Positions 26,487 to 33,226 of a DNA stretch of 33,226 nt are shown here, piece after piece. Below the pieces are notes generated by a model. The model saw only the letters and a program-made list of their open reading frames with translations, was not told the DNA's origin and ran no database searches. A program made the position numbers and the translations under genes. The stretch is from positions 327 to 33,552 of the forward strand of contig PEUP01000014.1 in the NCBI GenBank assembly GCA_002780705.1, written 5' to 3'. Within the stretch, counting starts at the first letter, position 1; every line of letters starts with the position of its first letter. This DNA comes from Elusimicrobia bacterium CG03_land_8_20_14_0_80_50_18 (GTDB lineage Bacteria > CG03).

Positions 26487-27719
26487 TCAGTAACCTTTGG
26501 CTGTGGCGTAAATGTTCATCGCCATTCCCAGCATCATGAGATAAACGGCGGTGGCGGTCCCGCCGTAAGAAAGAAAAGGAAGCGGCAGCCCCGTTATCGG
26601 CATTATGCCCAGCGTCATTCCTATGTTGAGGAATGTCTGAAAAAACAGCACGCCGAATATGGAAAGAGCGAGGAATGTGCCCTGCTGATCAAGAGCCATA
26701 ACCGCTATTTTGATTATCCGTGAAAAGAGGATAAAATATGCCAGCAGTATAAGAAAAGAGCCCACGAAGCCGAACTCCTCGGCGATTGAGGCAAACATAA
26801 AATCGGTGTATTTACCCGGCAGAAAACCCAGGCGCGCCTGGGTGCCCCGGCGGTAACCCTTTCCTCTGACCTTGCCGGAACCTATCGCTATAAGGCTTTG
26901 GGAAAGATGATAGCCGGAGTGAAGCGTGTCTCTGGCGGGTTGCACAAAATTCAGTATCCTGTCTTTCTGATAGGGTCTGAAACCCGCGGCCACTTTATGG
27001 GAAAAAAACGCGCTAAGTAAAAAAATCCCGAAAAAAAACAGCACCGCGACATGGGCTTTCCTGATATGCATAAGAACGCGCATAAACACATACACCAGCG
27101 CAAAGGCCGCCGCCGCCATCTGCGCAAGCCAAATGAAAGCGTCAGGCCTCATGCAGAAAAAGATTATTTCGGCCGACACTATAGCCGTGATAACAGAGAC
27201 AAATACAAGCAGGCCCGCATTCTGGCTGAAATAAAGGAACATAAACCATATAAAAATGAAGACCAGTCCCGTTCCCATATCCGGCTGTTTGAGCACAAGT
27301 AACAAGGGCAGAGCGGCGAAAGCGCTTAAAAATAATATTGTCCTGAAACTGTTTCTGGAACTGTAATTCCTGCTGAGATAATATGTCAGGAAAATAATCG
27401 TCGTGAATTTCGCGATCTCGGAGGGCTGAAAAACAATGAAGCCCGCTCCGAGCCACGAACGGGAGCCGTGCACGGAATACCCCGCCGCAAGCGTAAGGAG
27501 AAGAAGGATTATCCCAAGAACATAAAACACTATTGCCCTGAATCGCAGAAATGATTTGTATTTTGTAAATGCGAATATAACCATTCCGGCAAATCCCAGA
27601 AATATGGAGAACAAATGCCTGTAAAGCATATCGCCCGAAACATAAGATATGTTCTGGAGGCTCCCCATTACCAGCAGAAAAAGAGCAGGAATAAGTATCA
27701 GCGGGTCAAATCTTTTCAT
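26487..27719 (-). CDS. rodA: Rod shape-determining SEDS glycosyltransferase RodA
   Basis: GSRSW, QPSEIAK, QPDMGT, YQKDRI, QS.IAIGSG, TDF.F...AEEFGFVG, PITGLPLPFLSYGG. Confidence 0.96.
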   Translation of the reverse strand: MKRFDPLILIPALFLLVMGSLQNISYVSGDMLYRHLFSIFLGFAGMVIFAFTKYKSFLRFRAIVFYVLGIILLLLTLAAGYSVHGSRSWLGAGFIVFQPSEIAKFTTIIFLTYYLSRNYSSRNSFRTILFLSAFAALPLLLVLKQPDMGTGLVFIFIWFMFLYFSQNAGLLVFVSVITAIVSAEIIFFCMRPDAFIWLAQMAAAAFALVYVFMRVLMHIRKAHVAVLFFFGIFLLSAFFSHKVAAGFRPYQKDRILNFVQPARDTLHSGYHLSQSLIAIGSGKVRGKGYRRGTQARLGFLPGKYTDFMFASIAEEFGFVGSFLILLAYFILFSRIIKIAVMALDQQGTFLALSIFGVLFFQTFLNIGMTLGIMPITGLPLPFLSYGGTATAVYLMMLGMAMNIYATAKGY

Positions 27720-29457
27720 TTTTAATTTTTATATATTCTTCCCATATCGCGCGCGAGACAGGCCCCGCGACAGCGGCGCCTTTACCTCCGTGTTCAAGCA
27801 CAACCGTGAGAGTGAAATCATCCAGCTCCCCGCCGCCGAATGATACAAACCAAGCGTGATCATCGCCGGAAGGGTTCTGGGCTGTGCCCGTTTTGCCGTA
27901 GATCTCCTCGCCCTCTATATTAATAACCCTGCCCGTGCCGTCGGTTACGACTTTGCGCATCGCTTCCTTCAGGAGCTTAAATACGCCCTCGCGCAGATTG
28001 TACTGCTTCACCTGTTCAGGGCGGGCTTCATACTCAATCCTGCCGTCGGGGGCAACAATTCTTTCCACAAGATATGGACGGTAAATCAGCCCTTCGTTTG
28101 CCACCCCGGCCACAGCCAGCGCCATCTGCAGCGGCGTTAACCACAAAAAGCCCTGGCCTATGCCCATGTTAATGGTGTCACCGGGGAGCCAGGCGCGCTT
28201 ATGCGCTTTTTTCTTCCAGGCCGGCGTCGGTATAACGGTGGGAAGTTCCCCCTGAATATCTTTGAGGACATTGAGATCCAAACCCATCATACTCGCGTAT
28301 TTAGACAAATTTTTGACGCCCGTCTCCAGAGCCGTGTTATAGAAATACACATTGCAGGATTGCGCAAATCCGTTCATAAAATCCATCTCGCCGTGGCCCT
28401 TTTCTTTCCAGCAGCTGAAATCCATTCGGCCGTATTTGAAGATTCCCTGACAATCTATTTTTTTATCAATGTCTATGGCCGACTCGTTCAAGGCGGACGC
28501 GGCGGTGATGATCTTGAAAACCGAGCCGGGCGGATATTTCATCTGTATGATTCTGTTGACAAGAGGCATTTCCGGCGAAGCCATCATGAACGAGACCTTG
28601 GCCGCGTCATCACCGAAAGCTCCGGGATCAAAACCGGGGGAACTGACAAAAAGAAGCACAGCGCCCGTTTTCGGGTTCATCGCCACAGCCGCGCCGGGAC
28701 GGCCCTGAAAGGCCTCATAAGCTTTTTTCTGTAAACGCGAATCAACGGTTATTGACAGCTCGTCGCCCGTGGAAGGGAGCACCCTCCCCTTGACCTCTAT
28801 AATATCTCCGGCGGCTGTCACTTCCACTATCTCGCCTCCGGGAGAACCGAAAAGATAACTGTCAAAAGTTTTTTCAAGGCCTGATTTCCCATGAAGAGAA
28901 CCGGGATAGGAATAACTCATAGCCCGCGCGCGGTCCGGCAGAGTTTCGCTCAGATATCCCGTCACATGGCTGAAAATATGTTCATGGGGATAGAATCTTT
29001 TTGGGGATTTGATAATTCTCAATCCGGGGTACTCGTTTATGACCGAGGCCATCGCTATCAGCGGGCGCCCCTTCAGATCGCGTATCAGTGTTTTGAGAAT
29101 CTCCCCTTTTTTCAGAGATCTGGTCAGAGAATCTTCCATGCTCTTCAGAGAAACACCGGTAATCGCGCGAACATCATTTTTAATTTTAGCGGAAAGCGAC
29201 CCCTGAGAGACAAGATCGTATGATATATAAGTAGCGGCGACTGTCCTGCCGTCGGAAGAAATAATACGCCCCCGGTTGGGCGGCACGATGAACCTTTTAA
29301 GATAATTGTCCCGGGATCTTTCCGAGAAGGTGAAGCCCTTTAATATCTGCACCTGAAACAATCTTAAGAAGAGCAGAAGAAAAAGCGCTATAAAAGCCAC
29401 CTGTATCGCCCTGATGTATTTGACGAAATAATCCCATCCCCTGTCCTTATACCACAT
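27706..29457 (-). CDS. mrdA: Penicillin-binding protein 2
   Basis: P.RGRI, R.YP, GKSGLE, YPPGSVFK (SxxK), SCN (SxN), GKTGTAQ. Confidence 0.95.
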   Translation of the reverse strand: MWYKDRGWDYFVKYIRAIQVAFIALFLLLFLRLFQVQILKGFTFSERSRDNYLKRFIVPPNRGRIISSDGRTVAATYISYDLVSQGSLSAKIKNDVRAITGVSLKSMEDSLTRSLKKGEILKTLIRDLKGRPLIAMASVINEYPGLRIIKSPKRFYPHEHIFSHVTGYLSETLPDRARAMSYSYPGSLHGKSGLEKTFDSYLFGSPGGEIVEVTAAGDIIEVKGRVLPSTGDELSITVDSRLQKKAYEAFQGRPGAAVAMNPKTGAVLLFVSSPGFDPGAFGDDAAKVSFMMASPEMPLVNRIIQMKYPPGSVFKIITAASALNESAIDIDKKIDCQGIFKYGRMDFSCWKEKGHGEMDFMNGFAQSCNVYFYNTALETGVKNLSKYASMMGLDLNVLKDIQGELPTVIPTPAWKKKAHKRAWLPGDTINMGIGQGFLWLTPLQMALAVAGVANEGLIYRPYLVERIVAPDGRIEYEARPEQVKQYNLREGVFKLLKEAMRKVVTDGTGRVINIEGEEIYGKTGTAQNPSGDDHAWFVSFGGGELDDFTLTVVLEHGGKGAAVAGPVSRAIWEEYIKIKNEKI

Positions 29458-29458
29458 A

Positions 29459-29938
29459 TCAGCGCATCTGTTTGCGGTTTTTTAAAACCGTGTTAAACAG
29501 CGCCGCCAGTAAAATCCCCGTTATCACAGCCCGCGGCAGCAGCCCCGCTAAAGACGGGATATTTATGGGTATGAAATTATGAAATAAAAACAGGAAAAGA
29601 AAATGAAACACGGATGCCGAAAAGCCGAGAATGAATTGCCCTCCGAAACCGGCCATGTCAAAATTCTCGGAAAATTTTTTAACACCATAGACGATAATGA
29701 GAAAACTTATTGAATCAAAAGATAGGGGATGTCCGCAAAGAATGGATGAAACGGCGCCAAGCAGAAAAGCGTAAAGATAGCTGTGCGCAGCAGGGAGCTT
29801 TGAAGAAATAAGTATAATGCTAGCGATAAAAAGAGAGGGGCTTATATCGGGGAAAGTCCGCGGAGAGAGAGGGTTCAATAGAAAAATCTGCGCATAGGGG
29901 ACAAGGAGCATAAAAAGAAATGTTATGAGTATATTCAT
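29459..29938 (-). CDS. mreD: Rod shape-determining protein MreD (divergent)
   Basis: 159-aa polytopic protein between mreC and mrdA. Assigned mainly by synteny. Confidence 0.7.
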   Translation of the reverse strand: MNILITFLFMLLVPYAQIFLLNPLSPRTFPDISPSLFIASIILISSKLPAAHSYLYAFLLGAVSSILCGHPLSFDSISFLIIVYGVKKFSENFDMAGFGGQFILGFSASVFHFLFLFLFHNFIPINIPSLAGLLPRAVITGILLAALFNTVLKNRKQMR

Positions 29939-30759
29939 TTTGTCAGCACAAAAAGATTCTCCGGCACATTCGCGTTATAGGCCGTCTCCACCGATATCGC
30001 GTATTCTCCCGCGCCGCCCTTATGGGCTTTGGTCACCACACCGCAGAAAATTCCCGGCGGGAACTTGGCGTCCCAGCCCGATGTAAAGAGCCTCTCGCCT
30101 TTATTTATGCTGACCTCTCTTGACGGCCAGACAAAATCAAGGGTACATTTACCTTCGGAATAACCCATGAGCACGCCCCAGAAAGAATTATTTTCATCCG
30201 TGACGGACACACGAAACGCTTTGTTGGATATCAGCACACATTCCGATACTGAATCCGAAATTTTTTTTCCAATAACACCGGCCAGCACCCATCCTGGCGG
30301 CCTGTATGAAAAAAGCGGATCGCCCTCCTGATAAGCTCCGTTATAATTTCTGAGAAGTAAAATATTCGCGTTTTTCCCTATATTACCGTACGGAAAAACA
30401 GGCAGGAGCTTTGATTTGGCCGGAAAACCCGACGGGGCAAATTTGTCGCTCAGCGCCTCTTCTATTTTTTTTCTTTTCTCCAGTTCTTTTTCAAGCTGCA
30501 GAATTGTATAACCTTTTTCAAATAATTCCTGCTCGCGGGCGCGCAGCCTTCTGTCCATGGCGGCAAGATTAAAAAATTTACCGGGGAAATGAGAGAGGTC
30601 GAGCAGCGCCTCGCGGCTTTTCGCATAAGGCGTGTAATAGATGTATTTGGTGAAGAGCCTTATCTCTTGCGTTTTACGGGCGGGAACAATGAAACAAAGG
30701 AACGCTGACAGAAAGAGAAAGATGATAAAAAAAATCTTCCCCCTGTCGCTCTCATGCAT
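29935..30759 (-). CDS. mreC: Rod shape-determining protein MreC
   Basis: N-terminal TM, coiled coil, LAG.I, TSG.D.KFPPGI..G.V. Follows mreB. Confidence 0.88.
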   Translation of the reverse strand: MHESDRGKIFFIIFLFLSAFLCFIVPARKTQEIRLFTKYIYYTPYAKSREALLDLSHFPGKFFNLAAMDRRLRAREQELFEKGYTILQLEKELEKRKKIEEALSDKFAPSGFPAKSKLLPVFPYGNIGKNANILLLRNYNGAYQEGDPLFSYRPPGWVLAGVIGKKISDSVSECVLISNKAFRVSVTDENNSFWGVLMGYSEGKCTLDFVWPSREVSINKGERLFTSGWDAKFPPGIFCGVVTKAHKGGAGEYAISVETAYNANVPENLFVLTK

Positions 30760-31789
30760 ATTCCTTCTGGGCTCTCTTTATCTCTTCAAGAGTTTCAAGA
30801 TATTTCCCCGCGCCAAGCGCCACGCAAACCAGAGGATCCGGAGCGCGCCGCACGGAAAGATATGTTTCCTGCTGTATTAGATTCTCAAGGCCTTTGAGCA
30901 GCGAACCGCCGCCGGCCAGCACTATGCCGTTCTCAACAAGATCGGATGACAGCTCGGCGGGCGTCTCTTCAAGAGTCGCTTTAATCGCGTCCACTATGCG
31001 TTTTACCGGCGCCGAGAGCGCCTGCCTTATATTCTGGGAACTGACCTCTATGGTTTTGGGAAGCCCGGAAACCTGATCGCGGCCCTTCACATTCATCTTC
31101 AATTCATCCTCGAGAGGGAAGGCAGAACCCACATTGATTTTTGTCTGTTCGGCCGTACCCTCGCCTATGAGAAGGTTATGCTTTTTCTTGAAAAAATCTT
31201 CTATGGCCTCATCCATAGCGTCACCGCCCACCCTGACAGAGCGGGATATCACCATCTCGCCCAAAGATATCACGGCCATTTCTGTTGTGCCGCCGCCGAT
31301 ATCAACTATCATCCTGCCCGAAGGCTCGGCAATCGCCATGTCACTGCCTATGGCCGCGGCCTTGGGCTCTTCTATCAGATATACCTCTCTGGCCCCCGCG
31401 CCTTCGGCGGCTTCCTTGACGGCCCGCCGCTCAACCTGGGTGATGCCGGAAGGCACGCCTATCACGACGCGCGGCCTGAGAAAACTGAAAGAGGTCTGGG
31501 CTTTCTTTATAAATCTGGATACCATGCGCTCTGTGGCGTCAAAATCAGCGATAACGCCGTTTTTGAGCGGCCTCAAAGCTATGATGCTGGCCGGAGTTCT
31601 GCCGAGCATACGCTTGGCCTCAACGCCCACGGCTATCACCCTGTCATGAGCGGTGTCTATCGCGACAACGGACGGCTCCTGAAGAACAATACCCCTGCCT
31701 TTTACATAAACCAGCGTATTGGATGTTCCAAGATCCATGCCTATGTCGTTATTAAAAAGACCTTTTAAAAATTCTGTCACTTTGCTCAT
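30752..31789 (-). CDS. mreB: Rod shape-determining protein MreB
   Basis: DLGTSNT, EPSVVA, RPLK.GVIADF, VDIGGGTTE, GIVLAGGGSLL. Confidence 0.98.
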   Translation of the reverse strand: MSKVTEFLKGLFNNDIGMDLGTSNTLVYVKGRGIVLQEPSVVAIDTAHDRVIAVGVEAKRMLGRTPASIIALRPLKNGVIADFDATERMVSRFIKKAQTSFSFLRPRVVIGVPSGITQVERRAVKEAAEGAGAREVYLIEEPKAAAIGSDMAIAEPSGRMIVDIGGGTTEMAVISLGEMVISRSVRVGGDAMDEAIEDFFKKKHNLLIGEGTAEQTKINVGSAFPLEDELKMNVKGRDQVSGLPKTIEVSSQNIRQALSAPVKRIVDAIKATLEETPAELSSDLVENGIVLAGGGSLLKGLENLIQQETYLSVRRAPDPLVCVALGAGKYLETLEEIKRAQKEYA

Positions 31790-31813
31790 TGGGGATCACT
31801 CCTTCTCAATGCT

Positions 31814-32149
31814 TCATTTAACCAATTCTATTCTGCATATCTCAGCGCCGTCGCCCTGCCGGTTGCCCATGCGTATAATCCTCGTATAACCGCCGGGTCT
31901 GTCTTTATACCTGACGCATAGCTCTTTAAAAAGCTTGGCCAGAGCCGGGCGCGATTTTATGTGCTTGGCGGCCTCCCGGCGCGGATGTATTCCGGAGCCC
32001 TTCGCTGTCGTTATAAGTTTCTCCACAAAACCCCTGAGAAACTTGGCTCTGGATACAGTCGTTTCTATCTGCTCGTTCATTATCATGGTCTCGGCCATGC
32101 CCCTCATCATACTAAGCCCGTGAGCGGCGTTCACTTTTAAATTTTTCAT
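31814..32149 (-). CDS. rplQ: 50S ribosomal protein L17 (short N-terminus)
   Basis: EQIETT..RAK....VEKLIT.AK, RYKDRPGGYTRII, R.GDGAE. Follows rpoA. Confidence 0.95.
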   Translation of the reverse strand: MKNLKVNAAHGLSMMRGMAETMIMNEQIETTVSRAKFLRGFVEKLITTAKGSGIHPRREAAKHIKSRPALAKLFKELCVRYKDRPGGYTRIIRMGNRQGDGAEICRIELVK

Positions 32150-33090
32150 TTTAAAGAAACCTCTATGCCTTCTTTTTTTGCGAACTCTTTCAGCGCCTTT
32201 TTCAATTCCGTCAGTGACTTCGGACCGAAATTCGGAAATGTGCCGAATTCTTTCTCACTGTACTTCAGGAGTTCCTTCACAACAGATATTTTTTTCGTGC
32301 GCAAAGAATTGAGTATCCTCGTGGAGACTCCGAGCACCTCTATCGACTGCTCAAGCGCGTCGGTGTTAGCCGCGGCCATCCCGGAGAGCGCTTCTTCCTC
32401 CTGCTCGGCGGGTTTGACAAAAACCTCAGCGCATTTTCTCAAAATAGAAGCGCTCTTTTTCAGAGCATCTTCCGGAGAAACGGTGCCGTCGGTTTTGATC
32501 TCAAGAATCAGTTTGTCAAAATTCGTCACCCTTTTCACCCTTGTGTTTTCCACCGTATAGGACACCTTTTTTACCGGGGAATAATCAGCGTCCAGCGGGA
32601 TAAAGCCCACATCCACGCTCTGTGAGCGGGCCTCCACCGGCAAAAATCCTATTCCTTTTGTCACCTCTATCTCAACAGTCATTTTTTTGGGCTTATCCTG
32701 GGTAAAAAGATACGCTTCGGGGTTGGCCAGCTCAACGCCGGCGACAAGCTCTATATCTTTTCCCGTTACCGCGCCCTTTGAAGAAGTGTTGAGCGATAGA
32801 ATGACTTTTTCATCGTTGGCCAGAGAAAATCTTAATTTTTTAAAGTTGAGTATGATCTCCACCACATCCTCTTTCACGCCGAAAATAGAGGAGAACTCGT
32901 GCTGCACTCCCGATATCTTTATGCCGCTGACAGCGGCTCCGGCCACTGAAGAGAGCAGTATCCGACGAAGTGAATTGCCCAGTGTATAGCCGAATCCCCT
33001 TTCAAAAGGCGCTATGGTAAAACTCCCGTAATTCTCCGTAGCCGTTGCCTCGTCCAGGACATATCCTTCGGGTATGATAAATTCTTTCAT
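32146..33090 (-). CDS. rpoA: RNA polymerase alpha subunit
   Basis: PFERGFGYTLGNSLRRILLSS, HEFS.I.GVKEDV, SPVKKV.Y.VE.TRV, CTD NFG.KSL.E. Confidence 0.98.
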   Translation of the reverse strand: MKEFIIPEGYVLDEATATENYGSFTIAPFERGFGYTLGNSLRRILLSSVAGAAVSGIKISGVQHEFSSIFGVKEDVVEIILNFKKLRFSLANDEKVILSLNTSSKGAVTGKDIELVAGVELANPEAYLFTQDKPKKMTVEIEVTKGIGFLPVEARSQSVDVGFIPLDADYSPVKKVSYTVENTRVKRVTNFDKLILEIKTDGTVSPEDALKKSASILRKCAEVFVKPAEQEEEALSGMAAANTDALEQSIEVLGVSTRILNSLRTKKISVVKELLKYSEKEFGTFPNFGPKSLTELKKALKEFAKKEGIEVSLK

Positions 33091-33098
33091 CTTTCCTC

Positions 33099-33118
33099 CC
33101 TGCCTGCCGGTAGGCAGG
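33099..33118. repeat. Palindrome CCTGCCTACCGGCAGGCAGG between rpsD and rpoA, abutting the rpoA SD
   Basis: Arms CCTGCCT/AGGCAGG. It fills most of the 29-nt gap. Confidence 0.6.
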
Positions 33119-33119
33119 C

Positions 33120-33226
33120 TTACCTTGAATAAAATTCCACTATAAGACGGTGGTCTATCCCTGCCTGTATCAGATCTTCAGAAGTGATATCTCTGTCAAT
33201 AGTACCTGTGATCGTCTCTTTATCCA
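33120..33226 (-). CDS. rpsD: 30S ribosomal protein S4, C-terminal fragment
   Basis: Manual translation DKETITGTIDRDITSEDLIQAGIDHRLIVEFYSR*. LIVEFYS is the S4 C-terminus. Upstream of rpoA. Confidence 0.9.
   Translation of the reverse strand, partial: DKETITGTIDRDITSEDLIQAGIDHRLIVEFYSR

Noticed and set aside
1-33226. Alternative genetic code or stop-codon recoding
   Set aside because: Conserved genes are full length under code 11, and TGA, TAA and TAG all end genes at the expected positions.

Overview
A gene-dense core-genome segment from a probably diderm bacterium using the standard genetic code. The diderm call rests on an outer-membrane beta-barrel-like gene. Elusimicrobiota/PVC-like affinity is only a guess. 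The long minus-strand run is sppA, YIP1-like, argC, argJ, tsaC, ywlE-type phosphatase, glyA, wecA, wecB, TPR protein, lipoprotein, rnpB, a novel membrane protein, an RRM protein, GDPD, MATE, ilvE, mcsA, mcsB, glyQ, glyS and a porin-like gene. The divergent plus-strand unit is tRNA-Leu, tig, clpP, lon and a class V aminotransferase. It converges on rpsD, rpoA, rplQ, mreBCD, mrdA, rodA and a radical SAM pair. No mobile element, CRISPR array or defence system is visible. The main points of interest are: (1) a minimal RNase P RNA that appears to lack P13/P14, P18 and P19; (2) a GTAG-type REP family with compensatory stem changes, one copy supplying the wecB stop codon; (3) a protein-arginine phosphorylation writer/eraser set detached from ctsR/clpC and coupled to glyQS; (4) an uncharacterised 4-TM protein with a two-fold Glu/His repeat; (5) a structured repeat-containing element behind the RRM gene.
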